Below the pieces are notes generated by a model. The model made no database searches. It was not told where the DNA came from and worked only from the letters and a program-made list of their open reading frames with translations. From positions 29,173-93,172 of the forward strand of contig NMRA01000939.1 of assembly GCA_002633005.1 (NCBI GenBank): a stretch of DNA of 64,000 nt, given 5' to 3'. Numbering within the stretch: position 1 is the first letter of the stretch; the number at the start of each line of letters is the position of its first letter. A program made the position numbers and the translations under genes. Of this stretch, positions 1 through 11,700 are shown piece after piece. This stretch comes from Phoronis australis. Its lineage: Eukaryota > Animalia > Phoronida.

Positions 1-220
1 AGTTTTTATTCAGAAGTAAACGAGAATTGTATTAGGCAGATCTAGCAAGTTTGGTGATGCCTCTCCTCGCCTTACAAACCCTAAGAAGACGGCATACCAT
101 TTTATGGGGCTACAGCAAACATATTTTATCTTGAGCAAACTGAGCTACTCTTGTGCTGTTATTCTATTAGTGTAAGTTGTTGATGTCCTGCAATCTACTG
201 TTTTTATTTGACTTGTGTAG

Positions 221-3200
221 GTTCAATCCTAACTTGTATGCTGATGGCAAAGTGTGTCTGAGCCTTCTTGGAACATGGCATGGCTCGAGTGCTGCTGAGA
301 AATGGAATGCGAAGACATCCACACTTTATCAGGTCATTCTTCACGCTAATAATTACATAATTACATCCTGAACTGAACTTATTTCACAGTAACACTTTAA
401 ACAAAATTACTGTCATTTTTCGTTGTATTAAGGTAAAATTAGTCCTCATTTCGTTTCCATCCAATCTCCAATAACAATAATAGTTTATCATCCAGTGAGT
501 TATGAGATGACGACATTGACTGTTTGCTAGCTGTTACCTGTACACGATGGGTTAATTAAATGAAGATTTGCTGACGATTAAGTTTGATTTTTTTATAAAA
601 ACAAAACCCTGAATAATTGCTGAGCAAAATTTCAGCACTACCAGTTTTTGGTGTGAAACTTAATCAAATATTCAATGAGCTGGTGTTGAAATATTTCTTT
701 AAGCAACATGTGACTTTACCAGACAAAGGGGGTTCTAAGCGTGTGATAACAGCCAACTTCTTTGTTAACTGCCAAGCAAAGTCTTTTGCCTGTTATGACA
801 ACAGGCAGGCCAATTATCTACCAGGCTTATTACAGACCACGTGTGAACACCGTCAAACCCAGAGCGAATTGGTACATTCAGAAAGAATAGATTATCATAA
901 CTTCGGTTGAAGTTGGGTGATTTTGGCGATTCAAAAACTAATCACGATCACCATTAGACAAGGATTTCAAAAATGCTAATGGTTTATGTTCAAATATGTT
1001 ATAACTTAACTTTTGATTGAACAGCACAACCCAGTCAGGCTAGATACAATCTTACTGGAGATAAAAGCAATTATCGAACAAAAGAGAGCTGGCCCCCCAA
1101 CCATAAATGCCAGACTGGAGTTAATCAGTCGTGTAAGATATTGGCTACAGGCGTAAACTTTCCAACTTGTTGTTGGGAGCAACGGGAAAACGCCATAATG
1201 AGTTTTGTTGTCCATGCATTATATAATATTTTTGTCCATATAATATACAATATTGTTATCATCCACAATGTTCAATGTTTTGAGTGATTAAAAGAAGGGC
1301 TTAAGCTATAATTATAGGTAAAAATTATTAGTCTCCTTACACCATATGTTGGTCACATCATATGCCATATACTTAAATAAGAAAAAAGGTTCTGTATCCT
1401 GACCATGGGTTTAGTTATGGACTTATGGATTCATAATTGTTTTGTTGCACGAGCTGTAGAGTCCATCCGAGGAATGGTATATGTATCAGACCCCATGTTC
1501 AGTGGTACATAGATTAATCGTTTGATTAACTTGTTTATTTAACACTGTCTCACCCTAAGACAGTGTTAGGGCAGATAAACATGCAAACTAAATTAAGTGT
1601 GACAAATAAGACTAAGTTATCAAAAGAAAACATAACTTTTGGCTGAAAAGGGACAGTCGATGTACAGATGCCATGCAAAAGAGGCTACTTAATATTTACA
1701 TGGGGTTGAGTGTTTGAACTGTTTCATTATGCAGGTGTTAGTGTCCATACAAGGAATGATACTGATATCAGAGCCCATGTTCAATGAACCAGGATATGAA
1801 GGTCGAAAGGACATGGCTGATGCTAAGGTATGCTCTTTGCTTTGTCGTTCACATCTGAGTGTCAGACATCACTGTCATATTGTTATGGCGCCTGTTTATG
1901 CGATACGGCATCTGGTGCATTTTGAAATGATATTTTAGTGTGAATCTTTTCAGAAATCATTTTCGAAGCAGAAAATATGGTGTCTGCTGTTACTTGTTCA
2001 AGTTTGATGTGTTCGTGTTTGACTGACAAACTTGCTGACACTGACCAATTGGTATTGTATGGTGTAGTAATTTTGATGGTTGATTTATTATTTTTAGAAC
2101 TTATCATGTTACTTTCAAGTTGAAAGTGTGATTCAATATTTTTCATTGTCAGCAATAAAAACAATTACAGGTGTACCTGATGTGTTCAGGCCGCTTGGGT
2201 AGACCCAGTGCACTGATCTCCTGGAACCATATTTAAGCTTTATTAATATACAGAATAAATCGAGCTGAGGAGCCAAAGACCTGTCTAGCTGTGTGCTCCA
2301 GTAGGACTTGAACCCACGACATTGAGTAAAGGAAGCAGACACCTATTTCACCCACTATACCACACTGCCTCCTCTATTTTTCTTTAGCATAACTCCTTGT
2401 ACAACAGACTATTGCTATAATCATTACATACTATCCTTAGACTAAGTGAAACTTCCACTCATATTGTTATAATCACTAAGTGCTGTCCTGTCATTGTCGC
2501 ATAGGAAGAGAGCGAGAAATACAACTACCCCCTGTGGTTGCACAATGTTCGTCATGCCATGCTGGGCCAACTGAAGAATCCGCCAACAGGTAGATGCCAG
2601 TCAGTTCTTGTTTTCTAGAAATGCCCTTTGTACACTTTAGAACCATTACAGTTTTTGAATTGGTCTTCACAATAAATGTTTTGTCAATGAAAAGTGTTGG
2701 TAAGATTTGTTGTGTAGGATGGTATGGACTTGTCATGGTATTAAGCCACATATCTATAAAATTGTAGACTTTAGGTTTTTTGTCTGAAAATAGAAAGCCT
2801 GTAGAATTTGATTTGCGACTTGATACCAATCTGCTATTAATTGGATCAGATGGCCATGTTTTTTAAGTAAAATTTAGGAAAAAATAAAGTTTCTGTGTCC
2901 CAATGTCTAAAGAGTTTTCCAAATTGGAGAAATTTTACCATATCCAAGAAGGTTAGTGATGAAACGATATCATTTACGGTAACGATGTGCATTTCAGTTT
3001 ATAAAACGGAATTGTAAATGAAAGCCAATCTGAATGATTAGGTCAAAGGTTGAGTAAGAGAAACAGCAATATTGTGCAGTTAAATAAGAGGAGTAACAGC
3101 GTAATAATCTGTTTTTTTGTTTCTTAGGTTGCCATGACATCATTAGACGACATTTTCGCATCCAACGGAATGCTGTGTTGAAACAGTGTTCTGATTGGTT

Positions 3201-3303
3201 GGCAAGGTGCCAAGACACGGACATAAGAAGGAGGCTACTTCATGAAGTTAAAGAGTTGAGAAGCATCCTGCTCTCCTTAGAGGAGACTGCATGCTGTGAA
3301 TAA
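221..3303 (+). CDS. 3' exons of a BIRC6/UBE2O-family ubiquitin-conjugating (UBC/E2) domain protein; exons 221-332, 1735-1827, 2505-2589, 3128-3303; 5' part lies outside the window
   Basis: Spliced translation [34 protein letters not shown]|[22 protein letters not shown]..|[28 protein letters not shown]|[25 protein letters not shown]...CCE*. This matches the BIRC6-type UBC C-terminus, including the catalytic Cys in GKVCLS. GT-AG junctions are phase-compatible. Too divergent to assert BIRC6 orthology. Confidence 0.85.
1453..1504 (+). pseudogene. Degenerate duplicate of UBC exon 1735-1827 inside the preceding intron
   Basis: gctgtagagtccatccgaggaatggtatatgtatcagaccccatgttcagtg aligns without gaps to gtgttagtgtccatacaaggaatgatactgatatcagagcccatgttcaatg ([17 protein letters not shown] vs [17 protein letters not shown]). 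Confidence 0.6.
2262..2374 (-). mobile_element. tRNA-derived SINE
   Basis: Minus strand reads gaggaggcagtgtggtatagtgg...gtcgtgggttcaagtcctactgg, with A- and B-box-like motifs. Same 5' head as the copy at 53111. Confidence 0.6.
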
Positions 3304-5145
3304 GACATGGCATACCAGTCTTATCTTGCACGGTGTTTGTTACAAATATTTTGTAGCTGGATGAGGGTCTTTAAGTTAGGCACATCATCTCGTTTCCCAA
3401 CCGGCAACTATGAATGTTTTTTTAGATTGCTCAGTTCTTGTAACACATCCAAGAGTTTACCTTAACAATTGGCAGAGGTTTCTGAAGACCTTGGTGTTGA
3501 CTCCGCCTAATTCTTCTTTGGTGTAGGTGGCGCTGTATTAAGTACTTTATAATAAAAATGAATGTATGATGAACGGGGATGAAGGTTACAAGCTCTCCCA
3601 GGTTTATGACTAAGTACATCGTACAGCACCACCGACTAGACTGAGGAAGAAGACAGAGTCAACACCATGGCCTTCGAAAACTTCTGCCAACTTTTATTTT
3701 TTTTCATTTTTTGAATGGCAGAAATCGGTTAACTTGGAAAGAAAACTAACCCACATTGCTGTTACTTTGTTTATATTCCCTACCTGCATTGTGTAATCTT
3801 TCTGAGCAACACAATGGGACAACTGGACTTGTGAACACTACTCAATAGGGCACTTAGCCCAGTGATCTTATTGCCCCCAAAGAATGCAGTGAAGTTTGAA
3901 TGGGTTGGCATCCGAGTTACGTACTTTCCGACTACAAAATAGCCTTTTTTTGTCTATCGAGTAATTAAATTATTATCAGAGAAAGGTGCTGGGGGCTTTT
4001 TGATGTCCTAAGTTACTGAAATTCTAAATATTAAGGGCATGAACCCGGCACTTTAGAATTAAAGTTTTATCTGCAATTTGCTGCCATTGAAGTGCCATAT
4101 GCTTTATAACTTAGTCTTAAAGTTTTGGATGACATAAGTCAAATATTAAGTAACAGGGCGTTTTAAAAAAGACCACATTTGTAAACAATTTCACGTCAGT
4201 TTGGCAACATACAGAATCACCCAAGAGGGTGGTTTCTTGAACTATCAACTTTTACAAGACATTTTATACATTAATGCTCCTGCGCTGATGTTTGGACAAT
4301 GTCCACAGTATTTGTGAACTTGTTAAAGAAATGTAATACTTTTTATGATCACATCAAAAGGATACCAAACCCGGTTTTTGCCGACTCTCGCACCTGAAAC
4401 AAAATAAGGCTCTGTAATCCTTGACAACTAGATCTTCCACTGGAAGGAGATGTTTCGAAATAACTTAATGAGTGAAGCTGCATTAATACAAAACGGTGAT
4501 TTTTACTTGGTTTCAATTTAATATGAGCTTCTTACATGGGCATAATGTTTTCTTGTCAAAAAATGCATAGGGGCCTACTTGGGATTATTGTTGAGTGGGA
4601 TAGAGGTGGAGGTTGTGTGAGCTTTGACCAGATGTACACTAAACAATAGAATCTGCTTGTTTTTTGTGAATCTAAGTTGTCGGCTAGACATTCGCTGAAA
4701 TTGGGACGTGTGACTTAAGCAATTAAATTCGCCTAATTAATCTGTAAGGAATGTGAAATTGTCTCTATAAATATTGCTTATTATAAGTCCACATTTTTAA
4801 GTGTGGGTTCGTATTGCCGTCATCTCTGCCAGTCTGGGCCTCTGGTGTCTGTTGTTGTATCTCCTAAACCCCTTGCAGGATCTTGTTGAGATTTAGCAGA
4901 ATTGTGTTTCTGTGAAGCTGACGATGGATGACGACAAAGTTCGGACGATCTGGTTACCAGTGTGCCCCCTAGTGGCAATTTTAGTTTTTTATTTTTGCCT
5001 TCGTATGTGGATGGATTTTCATGAAATTTGGCAAGTAGGCGACACCTTTTCATTTTTGGACGGCTTGCACGATTCTGTGCCATTCAGCTTCGGGAGACGA
5101 CGACACCTTCCAATTTTTGGACGCATTTGACGTATTCTGCGCCTT

Positions 5146-5433
5146 CTAGTGGACATTTTCTGGAGGTATTGATGAACACCCTAGAAGCACTCCGTTTGCG
5201 TTGCAGTCGTGGTCCCATTTCAACTCTCCGCGCGTTGCTGTTGTCTTCAAGTGGGGTATGAGTAAATCTAAAAAAGACTAAGATTGTTGTTTTTAGATAT
5301 GGTGGACCGCTCTTGAGAGCTTATGAGAAGTGGCAGAGTGGTTACCGAGTAGGTCGTCTCCATAGAACTTCCTGGCGGCCTGCCAGTTGCCCAACGTAAT
5401 CTGCTTGCTCTGCGTGCTGTCCGTTGTCAAGCT
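5146..5433 (-). CDS. Candidate 3' exons (5433-5346, 5267-5146) of an unrecognised small gene
   Basis: Two phase-compatible GT-AG exons with a 78-nt intron give SLTTDSTQSKQITLGNWQAARKFYGDDLL|DLLIPHLKTTATRGELKWDHDCNANGVLLGCSSIPPENVH*. No family recognised. Confidence 0.25.
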
Positions 5434-8400
5434 CTATAGACGCATCACAAATGATCACTGAATTGTCGAAAACTTGTTTGGTGGTCTCCTCGTCTTTAAT
5501 CCCATGTCAAATAAAAAATGTGACGTTGATTTTTACCACTTATGTATGCACGTTTCGGTCCATGAGGCTTATAGCTGCGCCTTTATCCGTAATTGGGCGC
5601 CTGTGCCTATGTGCAAAGCACTCGACTCTTAAACCCAAGATCAAGTGAGTGAAACTTGAACTATACGCTACGTGGAGGCTGGCGTGTATTCAATTTGATA
5701 CTAACAATTTAGCCGAAGAATACCAAAAAATGGCCAAACAAAAACACTCGGACATGCGTTGCACAAGGAATAACCGCGCCCGACCTTTTCCTTACTGCGC
5801 ATACATCTATATGTGAAGCGCAAAGTTGAGCAACAATTTTGAAAAATGCATTATTTCGAGTATAGGCGCATAGATCTGAAGGGGTGCTGGCCGATGAAAT
5901 ATCTACCCGCATTTCCTCGCCACACTTAGCCTTTAGAGGAATCTTTAGGGGATGTTGCTGGTGGAATTGGTGATACCAGAAAAAATGTACCGGTATCGTC
6001 ACTTAGTTATATCTGCTGGACATTTACACACTAAGAGGGACTAGTCCCGGCCCGCACCAAAGGCAACTAACGAATGTGTTGCTCATTACGAAATCTCTTT
6101 GCAGAAAAAACTGAAAGAAATACATTGGATGTTTTAAGTATTTTTTGTGTAAGGAGAGTCGGTGGAGCGACCAGCACCGGTCTACTTAGTATCTAAAATG
6201 TCGACTGTTCGTAGCCGATAAAAATATTTGCAGCGTTGTGTACTTTTTTACTCGTTCGAATCGCATACGAGAGAACCCTGGTGACAACTTATAGGGAGTG
6301 AAACAAGAGAGAAGAAGAAGTAAATATACCGAGTTTTATTATGCGATAAATATGAAATACAAATCTACAAACTTACAACTCATCGCTAACTTCTGTCGAC
6401 ATCGCACTAGGTTTGACTTGTAACACAAAAAATTAATAAACAAGAAGATTTCGCCGAAAAACGTTAAAGTCCAAATTTAAAGGCCCAAACAGTTAGTTTG
6501 CTTGGTTGGGATTCCTTGCGGATAGAGTCGAGACCCGGCAGAGTCCGAAGTTTTAGCGTGAGGGGCCCATGTTTATAGGCGTATTCGCACCGCGAATGTT
6601 CCAAGTTATGCCAAAATAGGGGTCTCAACTTAAACGTAAAACCAATCAAAATGCAACTAACACATTTCGTTATTGGAAGTACCAATAAGGAATTGACCAT
6701 CTTACACCCCTTTAAAACATAATAACCCACTCTAGCTTCTAGAACTTTACTGACGACTCGCCGCTACTCAGGACTCCATCAATAGACGGCGCTCCCGTCA
6801 CACTTGTAATATTTCCTGTAACTATAGTAACAGGCAATTTGTCACTCCAGTGAGAAGGATTTACTAAATTAACTTTTTTTGCTGAAGGCCAATCGACCAA
6901 CCCAGTCAAACTAGGCTCTTGTACGCCGCGTTTCGTTTTTCAGATGTTTGATTTATTTACTTTTTGTCATTGATGAAACGATTTTTTGAAATACTGCGTT
7001 CTTTTTACAATTGTGAAAGAAAATTTATTTTATGATACAGATAGACACTGACACGACTCACTGAAGACATGCGAGGAGGGCGTTTCATGAGGCAGACCCA
7101 TGGTTCTTTTCACTGAGCCACTCTATAGAGTGTGGTTGTGCATAGCGCATTCACACGCACATTAGATGTGGTCTCTCTTGATGTTTTCGTTGTTGGACAG
7201 CGGGTTACACGCGCATAATAAAACCGTAATAGTGGTTCATTAAACTTTATTTATGATAGTACGATTTAGGAATACGAGAAATACGGTTAAACCTGAATGA
7301 CAATATAATATCTAATACAAACTGATTCATGAATACATCATACTAAAAATATAGAAAAATGCATCTCTGACAGCATTATATTCAACTCACAACCAAGCAA
7401 AAATTAACAGACATTTACAGCTGAGGAACAGTTGTTATTAACAAATCAAATAGTCAAAGAACTGAGGAATAGTTATTTTTAAAGACAAAGTTAATAATCA
7501 AAACATCAAGAAACAAAGTTGTTATAGTTTCTATGTTGCGTACTTGGTGCTATAGTAGTTATTTTACTGCCCCAAGAAGTTATTTTATATACTCCAAAGT
7601 AGACTAACTTTAACTTACTTATCTTCATGCCTACAATTTTACAGTTCACTTGGGGATTTGCTCAATTTCGCCGGATTTGTGACTATTCTAGTTTTAATTT
7701 ATAAAAGTCACATTCCTTGCCCTATTTTCAAAATTCAAACACATAACCACGTGTATTTTTCATGAACTATTCAAATATGCTATTTCAAAAAGTCGAAATG
7801 AAACTTTAAAAAATTCTACTGTTGCCCACACTGTTTCAGTAAAATCATATCATTAAGTCACAAAGGGCCGTATCATCGCGCCTCAAGTTAATGTCCAGCC
7901 TAAGAGAACGATAACAGCAGCTGAAGTTGAATAGTTTCTTTGAAGAAAGCGGCGGATTTTAAGGTTAGTGAACCAGTGAGGTTGTCTGCGTTCAGTTGGA
8001 TTCGGCTTTTCATGTTTACACTCAGTAACTCGGCCCGGCATTTGGCCGACGGACTCGTCGTCGTCGTTGCAAATAATGAATCATGATATAAAAACCTACA
8101 GCTAGTGATCGGTATCACTGACGTGCGTTGTATAATTACATATTAGTTTGTACACAACCACTTTACAAAAAAGCAATTATTAAATCACTGAAGGAAAATT
8201 AAATTGCCGCCGAACGGGCCTTGAGTGAAAGCGGAAATAACGTACCGGTAGCTCATGATTGCTTTAGCCACGTGCGCTTAAGATGCTTTGAAACTGTACT
8301 TTAACTTCAGACATTGATATCCGCCATCAAAGTTTCATGATGATAGCGGTCTAGGATATTGCAAAAGGGGGCAACCACAACTTGACTCAGTGCCAACGCC

Positions 8401-8725
8401 TTGTCCACCTCCCCCCTGCCGCGGCCCTCCTCCAAATCCCCACTGACTTACAGTCATGGGTGAAGATGTAAGACACTCGCAGCTAAGGCAAGACCACATA
8501 ACATACCGCGAAGCATTACAAGGTACGCACGTGATCACACTTAGGTGTGACTGTTACGCTCCCAAAGCACTGACAGCCTAGTCAATGTTAGTGTTTAGGG
8601 TAGACCAAAGGAGTCTCTCGCTTCAAACTAGTAACGAGGCTGACTTCCGTTTCTAAACTCAGTCGGCATGTAGATTTCTGGTCTTCATTGATTACTTGTG
8701 AAAAAAGTCTCAGGTGCATCTAATC

Positions 8726-11700
8726 ATGGGTATTTTAGAGAAAATAGCCGAGATTGAAGCCGAGGTAATACTTGTTCTAGCGAAAGTTTTGGTGTTTTAT
8801 TGTCAAGTTAGCATTCTATAGCGACAACTGTTCGTCAGCAAGTCACTCCGACTCAGTCAATCAGACAGACAGCCAGGTGGCTTTAGCCTTTAGACTGTCG
8901 TCAAATACAGCTAGGAACCACTGTGTTTTATGCTCCAGTAGACTTCGAAATTTCACACTGCCTGGGTAGTTCTGCTCGTCACTTTGTCATGAAACTTATT
9001 TGAAGATGTATGGTAAAGCTAACGACCGGCGGAGTGTTTGCAAAGTCTGGGAGTCAACCAACACTCACCTTGCTCGCTCCAGCTTGGAAGAGGATAGCAG
9101 CTTCACAGTAGCCAACGGTCCTGAAATTTGGTTTGCTGCTATTAAAACACTGAATAGTCCAGATCTGTAACGTGGTGATAACGAGTCAGTCAATGAAACG
9201 CAAATACTGGTACAATCAACAGTGTACCTTTCAAGTAAAGTCCGAATTTTTGCCAATAATATTCTACATCGGCATTTTTACAATTTGCTCTAAACTTAAA
9301 AATAGGTAGGTTTTTAAGTAGAAGAATGAATTCGTGACAATTCTGAAAATGGCATAGTTGCTAACGTATTCCTGTAGATATCTTTCTAAAAGTATCAGGG
9401 CTTGGAATTTTCCGCGGAAACGCGGATTTCCGCTTTTTTCAAATGTTCTGTCCGCGTATTTTATAATATTTCCGCGTAAAAAAAATCGGATTTGATATGA
9501 AAATTTCCGCGGCAAATTCCTTCTTACTGCGGCGTTGCAGACTACGTTCACCTCGAAAAGCGGAAGTTGCTCTTTATGTTTCGGAGGAACGTAAATTGTC
9601 AACATTGCCGGGGCATCTGGGATAGCGTGGTGGGATTTTCAATGGCGTCTCGTGTTATTGTAAACCGTGGCGACAAATACTACGGCTCTGCAGCCAAAAA
9701 TGTGTGGGTTGGGAGTGGACGGACGAGCTAAAAGGACGCAGACGCATGCTACTGATGGTGGTAACGTTTTTTTTTTTTAGTCCTCCCGATTTTTGTTCGG
9801 GGAAAGGTTCACATCGACCATTTCAAGGCTGCGTAGCGCGCATGATTTGGGCCGTAAAAGTTTCAAAGTTTCCGCGTTTTTTGTCATTGGTCATTCCAAG
9901 CCCTGAAGTATTGATTTCATCTAAGCATTATTCTCAAGTCCGAGCAAATGAAAAAACATGTGAATCGCTTTGTTAATCTACCTAATTAAATATCCAAGAT
10001 GCTGGATAAATCCGTGGACTTGTATGTTGTGCTATTTCTGAAAGAATTTTGGCCGTGTAGTTTTAGATGTACCAACTTTTTGACGTCGAACTCAGACAAA
10101 GTTTACGCAGATAATGACTGAAGGCTGTGCAAGATATGAGATTGAGTGAAAAAATTACATACTGTCAGCTGTCAAGACCATGTATAATAAACAGTGTTTC
10201 CCCTGGGTTTTGCAAGGAGCATGGTGGTGAATGGCCAAAACGGGGTGCAAAGCCCGTTGCCGTACGCGAATATGGAAAATGGGATCCCCTATTAGCTGGG
10301 TTTCGAAAGGAGCATGGCGGTGAATGCTCGACGCGGATGCGGAACCGGGCACCACATGGGATGAAGTGAGATCCTCCCATCGGGGGGGGGGGGGTTGGTT
10401 GGGAGACCCCTGGCAAAATTTGAAAATTAGATGTAATTGGGTGCAGTTTGCATCATAGACAACATAGACAAGACCTTAACACGAGCATCATGTAGGCCTA
10501 GTGGAAGTATCTGGGTAAAGAACACTTCGCAAGACAATTTGGCAATGAAATGTTCGGCATTGTGTGATCTCTGTCACACTTGAGCACAAAAAACGGTGTT
10601 AAAATTCAGTTATCCACGAAGTGACAAACATAGAACAAAAATATTTGAACTTTGTAGACGTAATAAACTAATTCGTGTAACGAAACTTCCATTGATACCG
10701 TCTTGCTAAACATAAATCAGTGATAGTGGATTGGCATTGGCTGGCATAGCAGACAATGTAATAATTCAGTCTATGCTGATGAATCTGAGAGTGGTTAACA
10801 GTCAATATCATTTTGGCGCAGGGCTATGGTTGACTAAACAGTTGGATGTCATGCCCTGCAGTGTAATTCACAATGTCTTTTGTAAACTCGGACACGGTAA
10901 AATGAATGAAGCAGAAATCTTACTGTTTCTTACTTCATTAGTGAGCCCAGGTGCTTTCTCATTTTAGAAAATTTGGTCGAAGTCGTTGCCTGGTCCCCGC
11001 CTGTATTAAGTTTATATGCATTGTCGGATAATCAGGCAGAAACGAGGTACGAAAGGAGATTGGGGATTGAATGACTATTTAACGGGGGCACAATATAAGA
11101 TCCGCCCATTGTAAAATTATTATTTTTCCCTTTCGATCCACAAACAGTGAAAGGTGTGACTTGTACTTATTCATTGTTACTAACGATCATTTTTACTAGC
11201 GATCATTTTTACTAGCGATCATTTTACTAGCGATCATTTTTACTAGTGATTTTTGTGTGGCGGTGAAGTTTCCCCGTCACGATTAGGTGTGTGGCGGTCA
11301 ATTTGAGTATGATGTACGAGTGGCGGGGCAAAAAAGGAGCGTGGCGGGCCGCCCAGAAGTTTACACACGGGAAACCCTGATAAAGATGCGATTCGCTTTA
11401 CTAAATGCTTCTTGGAAGACAGGATTTTGCTGCTGAAAATTTTGTCTCTTTGTTAGAGTTTTTGAGCTAAGTTGACATTGGCATCTGTAGTATGAACGTC
11501 ACATTCTTTTTCGCATAAAAATGTTTCTGCATACTGTTTCAAACACGTGTGTATAGACTTTTTAAAGTCATTGAATAAACAAGTGGAGTGTTTTATCAAT
11601 GACGCTTTTATTTCTACTTCTCTGTTATTACATGAGTGCATACGCACCATGCAGCGATACTGACGGACCACCAAGGCTCGCGGGATCTCACATGTTTGGT

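Noticed and set aside
9264-9605. [13 protein letters not shown]... repeated near 27720-28321
   Set aside because: Chance frames within a short non-autonomous transposon; no transposase motifs.
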